DNA of 53,460 nucleotides. It comes from Priapulus caudatus (taxonomy: Eukaryota). The stretch spans positions 991,438-1,044,897 of the forward strand of contig NW_014577081.1 in the NCBI RefSeq assembly GCF_000485595.1, read 5' to 3'. The notes under the pieces were generated by a model. The model worked only from the letters and a program-made list of their open reading frames with translations. It had not been told where the DNA came from and searched no databases. The position numbers and the translations under genes were made by a program. Positions 1 to 9,538 of the stretch are shown in pieces (the stretch's first letter is position 1; each line of letters begins with the position of its first letter).

Positions 1-92
1 GTCGCCGGCTGGACAGTGGGGACCGACTGTGGCTGCGGTAGTCCCTGTTGCTGCGGCCGTAGTGCGGCGAATTCGATCTCGAGTAGGAGCGA
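1..92 (-). CDS. tra2: tra2 exon preceding the RRM (RSYSRSNSPHYGRSNRDYRSHSRSPLSSRR...), truncated by the window edge
   Basis: Acceptor CTTTTCTGCGCAG, phase 2. SRSPLSSRRRH matches the conserved Tra2 SRSP(M/L)S.RRRH.GNR pre-RRM motif; the duplicate at 10593-10711 shows the ending RRRHASNR|GT. Confidence 0.9.
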
Positions 93-109
93 CTGCGCAG
101 AAAAGCACG

Positions 110-258
110 CGCTCGTTACGCCGACCTTGACCACAGGCCGCAACCCTACGACCTTGATTTCAGGTCGCAACCCTGTGACCTTGATCTCACGTCACGAACC
201 TACGACCTTGACCTCTGGTCACAACCCCGCAACCTTGACCGGAGGTCGCAACCCCACG
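110..258. repeat. About 27-bp intronic minisatellite (about 5 copies, ACCTTGA...GGTCGCAACCCT)
   Basis: Directly visible tandem units next to the tra2 acceptor. Confidence 0.8.
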
Positions 259-649
259 AAAGTAGGGGTAGTAGTCCCCTTTACAAAAGTAGAGCACTTT
301 ACGTCGGCTGGGTGAATTTCGCCCCCGTTACGTCCAATTACGAACGTGGGCGACGTTCGCTTGTTGAACAATGCAGCGTGCGATCGCGCCGCTTCGCTAC
401 TCGTGCTGCTATGACACGTTATGTTGTTATCAGTCTCGCAGTTTTCTATCTAGGGGATTACGATCGTGACAGCCATGTCTGTGTGCGTGTGCGGCCAAGT
501 GTGACCCCGTCAATCTCACACAAAATTCATACACAAGGAAGAAACAAAAAGCATACATCAGCGACACTTAACATCGACGAATACACATAATTAATGAACG
601 AAAGCAGTCATACACGACAATGACCCTTCTTTTTTAAATCTCCACAACT

Positions 650-655
650 TTTATT
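650..655 (-). terminator. Candidate poly(A) signal for the BEN-exon isoform
   Basis: AATAAA on the minus strand about 550 nt after the BEN stop, followed by a T/GT-rich tract (about 520-600), and upstream of the next tra2 acceptor at 93. Confidence 0.55.
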
Positions 656-1207
656 AAGAAATTTACAACGAAACACGATTTACACAATATAATACAAGAG
701 GAATCGGCCAGCTACTGCTAAAAAGCTTCGTTCTTACTTCACGAGCGAAGAACGAGCGAGCGCGTTAAATAAACGACGAGAGAAAAAATAAATTACATCC
801 GAGGCCTGTCCGCGCATTCCTGTAACGTCCGTCCGACGACCAGACTGCGACCGCTCTCCCACGACAACGGAGACGACGCGCAGCATCCGATATCGTTCCC
901 GTCTCGTGGGAAGCCTCGTCGCCGCGGAAACGCCGCGACACCACTGATCAATCGTCCCACGACAACGTGGGGCGCGCAGCATCTGAGATCCAAGAAGCCT
1001 CGTTGCCGCGGAAACGCGAGATCGTGCGACGGCCGCGCACCTCGAGCCACGCAGAATTGCCACGACAGATCCACGACGCGAGGTATCGATCGATCATTCT
1101 CCAGTAGTCGCCACTAACGCTGTCGCGAATCACGGGAGAGGATCGCTCAATTGTCTCACGCATGACGTCTCTTTTAGCCTGCAGATGGCGCCACCATTGC
1201 CGGTCGA

Positions 1208-3098
1208 TCACTCGATCGTCTCGCAGGAGGCGCCACCGCCGTCGCCCCCCGCTCCTCCGTTCTCCACCGCGCCCCCCGCCTCCTCCCCTCCCCCTCCCAC
1301 TCCCCCCGGCCCGTACTTCTCCAGGTCCTCGAGGTAGGCGCGGCGGCACTTGTCGTTCATCGCGTGGCGAATCGCGTGTCGGCGCGCGCCGTGCGCGAGC
1401 GTTCCCGGGAACTCGACCTCGAGCTGCGAGAGGATCGCGTTCACGCGCACGGGGTCGAGCTTCTGCTTGCGTATGCGCCCGTGCTTCGTCAGCACCATGC
1501 CTCCCTTCAGCGTCGAGCCGCGCAGTTCGGCACGCGAGAACAGCAGTGACATCAGCTTCAGCACAAAGTGGTTCGAGGAGAGGCGCGCGCGCTCGAACGC
1601 GGCCTCGTAGACGCGACGCGGGATCTCGATCGGGCGCCAGCTGTGCGGCGCCAGCACCACGTTGTCGCCGACGACGACGCCGTACGCGGGCTTCACCGAC
1701 AGGAACTCTCCTCCTCCTCCTGTACCGACGTACGGCTGGACGGCGGCGGCGGCTGCGGAGGAGGAGGGGGGCTTCCACTTCGGCTGGTGGTAGAGTGTGA
1801 GGGACGACGGCGACGCGCCGGCAGGGGGCGCCGCCGCGTGCGCCGCCGACAGCAGCGTGTTCTCGGACTCGCGCACAAGCAGCGGCAGCGCGTCGACGAG
1901 GAACGCGTCCTGCTGCTGCTGCTGCTGGGTCGTCGTCGTCGTCATGGGCGACAGCGACGCGGACGCGCGCAGGCTCTGCAGCATGTCCGGGATGTTCGGC
2001 GGAGGCTGCGCGAAGCCGCCGTCGCCCCCGGTGATCACCGGCAGCCAATCGGCAAACTGCGACGCCGCCGCCCCCGGCTCCTCCTTCATGGCCGCCGCCA
2101 CCTGCAGGTCAAAGGTCACGGCGCCGCGGCAGCCGGGCGCCGGCCCACTCAGCTCCGACTTGACGGTGTCGAACGCGCCGAGGTCGTCGGGGTGCGACGC
2201 CGGCGCCACCTGGTGCTGCCGCCTCCTTGCGGCGGCGGCGTAGATGTGCGCCGAGGACGCCGGGTAGTAGGGGGCTCGAGTGGCGCCCTCCGGCGGCAGC
2301 GGCGAGTGCGCGGACAGGTTCGTGCTGCGCGAGTCGTCGTCGCAAACCTCGCCGCCGCCATCGTCGTCGTCGCTGTCGTCGAGTTCGATTATCTCCGTTA
2401 TGTACTTCTCGACGTCCGACCGTCGTTGCTGCTGCTGCTGCATCGTGCTGGAATCCGCCGTGTGCCGCCGTGCCGCACCGCCAGGGGGCGCCTCCGACGT
2501 CGTCTGCTCCTTGCCGAACCGTGATTCCGCGTCGATCGCGTCGTCAACGGCGACGACGTTGCCCGGCAACGGCGCGCATCTCGCGTCCGCATCCGCGCAC
2601 GCCTGTGCCACGCGGCATGCCCCCCTGCTCCCTCCACTGGCGCCCTCTCTCTTCGGCACGACCGCGCCCCACGGCGCCAACGTCTGAGCGCCCGTCGCAA
2701 CCGCTTCGCCTCCCGCGAGCAGACGCGCCGCCGCGCCGACCGCGGGTTGCCGCGGCGACGGCTCGGCGGCAGCCTCCCGCCACGATGTCAGCGTCTGCGC
2801 GAGTTCGCGAAGCTCTTTGATGATCGTGACGTTCTGTTGTTCCATGCGATCGAGCCGCTTCTCGATGTCGGCTAGCCGCGAGTCGACGGGGGCGCCACCG
2901 TCGGCGTGCGAGTCCGCCGCCGGCGCCGCCGCGGCTACGGAGTTTTCGCGAGCGCGCGCCGGCAGCGTCGCCGCGCGTTGCAAAGCGTGGATCGGAGATC
3001 GCGAGATGAGCGCTGCGAGCAGGTCGCCGTACGCGCCCGCGCCGCCGGCGGCGTCGTCATCGCTACTCCGCGCCGCGTTCTTCCTGCCTCGCTCCGAT
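1208..3098 (-). CDS. Large terminal exon encoding a coiled coil, a low-complexity linker and a C-terminal BEN domain; nested in a tra2 intron
   Basis: The 591-aa ORF extends open to the acceptor TTCTTCCTGTCTGTGTTGCAG at 3099. The C-terminus (HFVLKLMSLLFSRAELRGSTLKG...KQKLDPVRVNAI...IRHAMNDKCR, about 1343-1580) has the BEN-domain pattern (LF..EEL..S..G, LDP..V..I, I...IN.KCR). Heptad segment RLADIEKRLDRMEQQNVTIIKELRELAQ. Domain recognised by eye. Confidence 0.85.
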
Positions 3099-3629
3099 CT
3101 GCAACACAGACAGGAAGAACGGCGTTGTCAGTTCCGAAGAACCTGCGGCGCGCGGGCCGCCTCCGTTCTCCGTTCCACGATCCTCGCTTTGCAACGAACG
3201 GCGCATCACCCTGCCCCCCCCCCTTTTGCGACGGAAACGCGATTTCGGGAAAACGCGCGACCGAGTTCGTTTTTGTCGTGTTTAAAAAAAAAAAACGGAG
3301 AGACTGCTCGGGTTTTAGTTCGACGCTTCGGCGACCTTTGGCTTTCTCGCGAGTCGGTTATGCACACGATCGCACACGAAACCGCACGCACACAGACATG
3401 GTCTGACAGTTGGTGGAAATGGTACAGGGGTGAAATTCACTCAGTAGCCTTTCGACATGCATTATTTATAACTCATTTCTGTTGAACTATTTTTTAGAGT
3501 GAAACCCTAGTATAGCATATGATATGGTTAAAGAGAAACTAAACTGCAGAAAAATTTGTGCTAATAATGTATCTACAATCTACCAGGAAAGTAATACTAG
3601 GAACGTTACATGAATTTGTACACACTTAC

Positions 3630-3644
3630 CTTCTGCTTCTTGAA
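3630..3644 (-). CDS. tra2: tra2 15-nt microexon (Y-SRSR-S/R)
   Basis: TTTTTTTTAG|TTCAAGAAGCAGAAG|GTAAGT: consensus acceptor and donor bracketing an in-frame SRSR. Confidence 0.75.
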
Positions 3645-3863
3645 CTAAAAAAAACCACGAGAAATACATTTAGTGATGATATGACAAAACATTTTAATTA
3701 AACCAATAGAACTTGATAGTATTTTTAAAACAATATAAAATCTAATTGCTTTCTTTGTAGGTAAAAATATTTGACTAGGCATCGCTTAGCAAGATTAAAT
3801 ATGAGCGATGAATTTTAATCATAGATCTGTTTCATTTTAATCAAAGATCAAAGATCTACTTAC

Positions 3864-3950
3864 TATGACTTTGACTTCTTTCCTTTGGAATACGACCGTG
3901 ATCTTGAGCGACTGTATTTCGTGCGTTTTCGTTGTGACCGCGACCGGCTC
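3864..3950 (-). CDS. tra2: tra2 87-nt RS exon (SRSRSQRKRTKYSRSRSRSYSKGKKSKS)
   Basis: Acceptor CTTGTTTCAG, donor TA|GTAAGT, strongly RS-rich, phase 2-2. Confidence 0.85.
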
Positions 3951-4140
3951 CTGAAACAAGTGAACGAAGATGCGTTATCGAACCGCCATTGTGCCGTCGA
4001 TCGTTTTTCGATCATTTAAACCCTAAAAAATCTAAACATTAAGTTTAACACCTGTTTATAAGTCTCAAATAGTAAAGTAGTAAATCACGCTGGTTCGATC
4101 GCCGTTACTTAAGCAGAATCTCATTCTGTTAGACTGTTAC

Positions 4141-4176
4141 GTTCTCTTCTTCTTATCCTTGCGAGACCCGTACATT
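4141..4176 (-). CDS. tra2: tra2 36-nt phase 2-2 exon (R-MYGSRKDKKKR-T), with in-frame ATG at 4175
   Basis: Acceptor TTCTCTCACAG, donor AC|GTAACA, basic NLS-like peptide in frame with the flanking RS exons. Confidence 0.6.
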
Positions 4177-4318
4177 CTGTGAGAGAACTGATGCCTAGGG
4201 AGCGATGATGTGTGCTTGGATATCGAGCACGGCAGGATAGGAGCATGCCTGGCACGCGTCACCTGCCAGCTACAGGCGGACTAGTTACACTGCAGCCAAG
4301 GAGCAGCAGTGGACAGTA

Positions 4319-4469
4319 CAGTCAAACCTCGGTTATCCAAACATCAATTATCTGAATTTCGGATTATGCGATCTCAAGGTCCCGTGAATATTTAATAAGC
4401 CACTAGACCATCAGTTATCTGAACAAAATACTCCCCGCCCGTCTCGTTCGGATAATCGAGGTTTAATTG
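4319..4469. mobile_element. Tc1/mariner-pogo type MITE
   Basis: TA flanks; TIR CAGTCAAACCTCGGTTATCC / GGATAATCGAGGTTTAATTG (3 mismatches). Confidence 0.75.
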
Positions 4470-4508
4470 TAATCGGTTCGTTGCCACCATCATGTCATGT
4501 CAGCTTAG

Positions 4509-5131
4509 CAGTGCTCAATTTTAAGGTTTTTTTTGGGTTGTCCGGAGGACAACCAAGAGAGTAGCATATGGTTGTCCCACAAGAGTTTTGGTTGTCCGGA
4601 TATTATTTAAACATGTGCTGCATGCGCTCTGCTCACGTGATGCTCAGTGCTGTAAAGCAAAAGGCCTAATCATTATATGAAGAGAATAAAATATTGGTAA
4701 TGTGGTAAATGATGCTGGGATCAATGACGTATAATAATAGTAATTAAAAGTTGCATGAAATTTATTTCATAACATTTACATTAAGTTAACTAACACTACT
4801 AACATTACTAACATTACTAACATTACTAACACTGTGTCAAGTCACAGATGAGTAAAAATTGAAAATTAACACGAAACATTGTGTTGTTAAACACGTGATG
4901 TTATACTTTGTATCAAGCAAGCCAAACAATGCGTCTAGACATGTACGTTTGCAGCGTATTGTGCAACCCTTACCTGGCCGTATGTAAAATGAACGCGCGC
5001 ATTAATAAATTTATGAATATAAATTTTTTTATAGAGGTTGGACACCGGACAACCACGGAAGCAATTTGTAGTTGCCCGAGAGAAAATCCAGTCGTCACGG
5101 ACGACCGGACGACTGTTAAAATTGAGCCCTG
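4509..5131. mobile_element. Non-autonomous TIR element, 623 bp, 5-bp TSD CTTAG
   Basis: TIR CAGTGCTCAATTTTAA / TTAAAATTGAGCCCTG; CTTAG on both sides; absent from the duplicate copy (empty site about 13730-13740). Confidence 0.85.
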
Positions 5132-5169
5132 CTTAGCATCGTCAAACCACACAGCCACTGAAGCCACGC

Positions 5170-5790
5170 AGTGTAACGCTGTTACCTTTAATGCACTTAC
5201 CCCCCTCCACCTCCACCGCACCACAACAAGCTATTACTTTCAATGCACTTACCCACTTAACTACCGCACCGCAACAGGCTGTTACCTTCAAAGAATTTAC
5301 CCCCTCACTACAGCACAACAACAGGCTGTTACTTTTAATGCACTTATCTCCACCCATCGCACAACAGGCTGTTACCTTCAATGCACTTACTCCTCTCTAT
5401 CCCACAACAGGCTGTTACCTTCAATGCACTTACTCCCCTCTATCCAACAACAGGCTGTTACCTTCAATGCACTTACTTCTCTCTATCCCACAACAGGCTA
5501 TTACCTTCATGCACTTACTTCTCTCTATCCCACAACAGGCTATTACCTTCAATGCACTTACTCCCCTCTATCCAACAACAGGCTGTTACCTTCAATGCAC
5601 TTACTCCCCTCCTCTACGACACCAGGACAAGCTGTTACCTTCAATGCACTCACCCCCTCCTCACGACAACAAGCCATTACGCTTGATGAACCTACCCCTT
5701 CTCCATTCCGCCTCGACCAGCCGTTAACTTTACAGACATACCCCCTTCTTAACTGCCTTGTGGCACGGTCTTACCTTCAATGCACTGCCA
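5170..5790. repeat. About 42-bp minisatellite (ACAACAGGCTGTTACCTTCAATGCACTTACT...)
   Basis: More than 10 visible tandem units; they account for the repetitive ORFs 4908..5894 and 5191..5727. Confidence 0.9.
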
Positions 5791-6666
5791 CCCCCCCCCC
5801 TCACACACACACAACCAACCCCACTACACTGCACTACGCCGGCGAGTTATCGTCGGCTCTCCGACCTCGTAAGAATCAACCACGGCGCTCGTAAAAAACT
5901 ACGACCTTGGCAGTGCAACGATTGGGGCGGACGGATCGGCCGCTCGGTCGCGCTGTTAATTAGATCCGATGAAGTCGAAGATGAACGCAAACGCCGGCGC
6001 GTGCGAAAAAACTCGGATCTGGAGTGACGCACGCTCGCGACTGCGGCAGAGGGGAGGGAGCGAGTTGGAAACGTTGCCAGAAAGAATTGGGACACGCGAA
6101 AAAACGAGCAAGACTGAAGGATGATTGATCGATCGATCTACGAGCAGTCGCGCAGAAAAACCACCTTCCGCTCAGTCGAGGTGCACCGTGATCTAGGCCG
6201 CTCACCGACACACGCAGGGGTATACTGGTGAGGAACAACCAACCTCATGTAACTACATGAGTGTAGCTATATGTACATGTATACATATACTATATATATA
6301 TATATTATTGTGTTCGTTCGCGCATGCGTCTTTGTTTGTTTACGTTCGTTTGTTTGCTTGTTTCTGGTTTCCGTATACATGCACGTGTCTGTCTGCGCAC
6401 GTGTGCAAGTAACAAATAAACAGCAACGAATACAAACAAAAGTCAGCGAGTCTAGATCCGCGCCCCCCCTTCTCTCTCTCTCTCTCTCTCTCTCTCTGCC
6501 AGCCCGTGCCAAGGGTATGAGCGCAGGAGAGTCTCTAGTACTCCCTACACCCCATACAACCCGAGAGAGAGCACGCACGCACGCGCGCGTGCAGGGAGCG
6601 GGCGGACGCGCGTGTTTTGTCACTAACACACTACATCCATCGTGAGGTCGACATGCGGTTTTACTC

Positions 6667-6683
6667 TTAGTATCGGTCCCGAC
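6667..6683 (-). pseudogene. tra2: tra2 last coding exon (R-RDRY-stop)
   Basis: GCTTGCAG|GT CGG GAC CGA TAC TAA; Tra2 proteins end in an SPRRY-like sequence. Confidence 0.65.
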
Positions 6684-7049
6684 CTGCAAGCAACAACATC
6701 ATCATGGCTCCGCGGAGCGATCGAGCGAACTTCTATTGCAAGGTGGCGCCACGTCACCGTTCTACGCGTGTGCGGGGAATTTCCCCAAAGCATTATGGGA
6801 GAGTGCAAGGCGGCGGTGCTGCTACGCACTGTCTAATCGATTATATATGAAGCTTTCGACACCAAATGAGGCTAACATAGGGCTAACCGAGTAATATCTG
6901 TAAGCGAATAACTAGGTTTGAGGAGCGGGGGATGTTAAACGCGGGGTACGCTATGTGGTCGCATGGCGGGCCGGCTTTACGTGGATCGTGAAGCTGTACT
7001 TCTGTAATCGTACTTCACTATTCTAGGCGGGGGAGACGTTTCGAATGTA

Positions 7050-7560
7050 TTAAGCATGGCCTGTGTGGGAGCTATTATAACCTGCTACAGTTGCTTCTAA
7101 CGGTACCCCCATCCCCTGAATGTATGAACTAGGGCCTGTGTGGGACGTATTACAAACTGCTACAGTAGCTTCTAACATCGCTCCCCACAATCCGAATATA
7201 TTTGACAGTGCCTGTGAGGGAGATATTATAACCTGCTACAGTAGCTTCTAACATAGCTCCCCACCCCCTGAATGTATTCAGCATGGCCTGTGTGATTTAT
7301 ATTATAACCTGTTACAGTAGCTTCTAACATCACTCCCCATCCCCTGAATGTATTAACTAGGGCCCGAGTGGGAGATATTACAAACTGCTACAGTTACTTC
7401 CAACAGCACCCCTCCCCCTAATCCAAATGTATTTGACAGTGCCTGTAAGGGAGATACTACAAACTGCTACAATGGCTTCTAACCATACCCCCCGCCCCCC
7501 ATTCCCGAATGTATTGGGCAAGGCCTGTGTGGGAAATGCTACAGTTCCTATCTAAGCCCC
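7050..7560. repeat. About 75-bp minisatellite in the last tra2 intron
   Basis: Recurring GCCTGTGTGGGAGATATTACAAACTGCTACAGTAGCTTCTAAC units. Confidence 0.8.
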
Positions 7561-7713
7561 ACCTACAATTAAGCCGTCCTTATACGCACTGCGCTGGGCG
7601 TCGTCGCCCCCCTCCGCTGCGTGTTTCCGCACCCCCGGCGCGGCCATTCAGACGCCAGGCAGCGGGGACGCCAGCAGACGGGGGCAAACGCGTGATTCAT
7701 CCCGGTACTTTAC

Positions 7714-8005
7714 GCGGAGATACGAGCCGCGGACCGGTCGCAGCGCGATAGCCGAGGCAGTAGCCGCGCCCTCCCTCTTGTATCCTCCTCCTCGCGTCCT
7801 CCTCCTCCGTAGCCACCTCCTCCTCCGTCAGCCGGCTCCTCCTCCAGCCGTACCCTCCGTCCTCCTCGCTGTTAGCCGCCTCCTCCTTCTCCTCCGTTAC
7901 CCTCTCGCCGCCGCCGTATCCGCCGCCTCCTCCCTCGCTAGCCTCCCCGCCGCCCGTAGTCGTTCCTCGACGGCCGCCCCCACCGCCCGCGCGCCTCCGC
8001 CGCCG
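7714..8005 (-). pseudogene. tra2: tra2 Gly/Tyr-rich plus RS2 exon, noisy copy
   Basis: GGGGYGGG-type repeats ending in SYSP-like codons and a GT donor. Confidence 0.65.
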
Positions 8006-8244
8006 CTGTAAGCCCGCAGACGACATCGTCGGAGTTATTTGACGCGGGTAACCGCGGAGACGACGCGGCATTTTGTATCGAATTTTTTTCCATACTAGAA
8101 TTTCGTTTAAAAAACACGCGATACAAGTCCCACGTCTTAGCGACAGTCGCCGTTTTTTTTCCCGAACCACTTTTTTCAAAGACCGGCCGCGCAGCGTATC
8201 TTAGATCTTGAGATAGGGGTGGGCCGGAAAGCGGGATATCGTAC

Positions 8245-8366
8245 CGCCGGTGGGTCGACCAGGCTAGAAACTTCGGGGTGGGTGTGTGCGCACGCTTTCG
8301 TGATCGAGTAGTCGGACTCGATTGCGCGCCCATCCAGCCCTCTATGCCGGCGCAGCTCTCCTTCGC
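8245..8366 (-). pseudogene. tra2: tra2 RRM exon c plus linker (AKESCAGIE.DGRAI..DYSITKRAHTPTP)
   Basis: The Tra2 signature DYSITKRAHTPTPG is readable across frameshifts in ORFs 7938..8459 and 8176..8472. Confidence 0.85.
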
Positions 8367-8974
8367 CCTTGGCGCGTGTGCGCAAATAACAGAGAACGTC
8401 AATAATGACGACCGCAGTCGAAACAGAAACCCCCCCCGCAGCCGTCTCCACGAAGGCACCGTAACAATACAACTACTCCTTGCAGATTGTAGATGTACAT
8501 ATATAATTGCTTGACAGCCTGGCAGTTTAAAAAGGCTAGCGATACATGCTCAATATATAACACTGGCGAATCCTTGTACGCGTATCCCTTCGCGAACCGA
8601 GCAGCAGCATTGCCTTACCCCCAAATCACGCGAGACACAGACGACAAATCGACTGGCCACCCTCAAATGAAAACTTACAGTAGGCGGCCTACCTATGTGA
8701 GTAAAAGTCGGCCGCTGCAATGCTTAAACTATTAAAGACTCTACACACCACGTTACTAAACACCACGTTCAACCTCGCTCAGATACTGACATGCACTCTT
8801 TTTTTTACTACGCCAGAAAGAAGGGCAGGGAGGGAGCGAGGAGGGAGGGCAGGAGGAGGACCAGCGGAGGAGGCAGGGAGGAGAGGAGCGCAGGAGCGGA
8901 GGGCGAGGGAGCCGAGGGAGGGCAGCGAGGAGCGCAGGAGAGGAGGAGGACGCCACATCCCACAGCCTACTCAC

Positions 8975-9035
8975 TCTGTCGCATTCATCTTGATTCTTGT
9001 AGTGGACGAAGGCAAAACCGCGAGACTTTCCCGGT
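8975..9035 (-). pseudogene. tra2: tra2 RRM exon b (GKSRGFAFVHYKNQDECDR)
   Basis: RNP1 motif RGFAFV; acceptor CCCACAG, donor GTGAGT; its 61-nt length implies an indel. Confidence 0.85.
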
Positions 9036-9405
9036 CTGTGGGAAAACAAGGCGAAGCACGTTAAGGCACTGAAGTTAAAGTTTGAAGATGAGATTCTAGC
9101 ATATGCAATCTGGGCCTTCATTGTCAGAAACAAAATGACTTTAGTCTCAATATTAACTTTGTCTAAAGTGTCACTCTGCATGTCTGTCACAGACAGTGAG
9201 CGCGGAGAGAAACAAGTGAACAGTCGTGCCGGCCAAACCGCCTCACTGCGCCCCCGCCGGCATTCAAGCCGCAAACGGATCTCGCTCCGAAAACACGACG
9301 TTCACTTGTCCACTACGTGCGTAAACGGCGACGACGATCAGAAATCGAACGAAACTTCGCGCGCAAAAAAACAAGAGCGTCGCGCAGCGAGTGCGCCCAC
9401 CTTAC

Positions 9406-9538
9406 CCTGTGGTCGTAGATGACCGAGCACTCCTCCATGGTTCCGTAGCGGCCGAACATCTCGCGGATGTCCCGCTCGGCTCCAGTTACAGCCGAGCAGT
9501 CCGAACACGCCGAGACAGCGGCTCACCTCGGGCGCCTC
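9406..9538 (-). pseudogene. tra2: tra2 RRM exon a, frameshifted copy (EAPEVSRCLGVFGL...ERDIREMFGRYGTMEECSVIYDH)
   Basis: The RNP2 motif CLGVFGL is diagnostic of Tra2; AG/GT boundaries present; the frame shifts after VFGL. Confidence 0.85.

Noticed and set aside
948..2820. Long overlapping Arg/Ala-rich ORFs in other frames and on the plus strand (also over 31122-31907 and 44790-46371)
   Set aside because: Shadow ORFs caused by high GC3 in the real coding exons; no domains.
1208..2983. ORF-track start at TTG 2983 as a stand-alone gene
   Set aside because: This is eukaryotic DNA; the frame stays open up to a splice acceptor at 3099, so TTG is not a start.
4908..5894. 328-aa repetitive ORF, or a CRISPR-like array
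   Set aside because: A head-to-tail 42-bp minisatellite without unique spacers; no cas genes; eukaryotic context.
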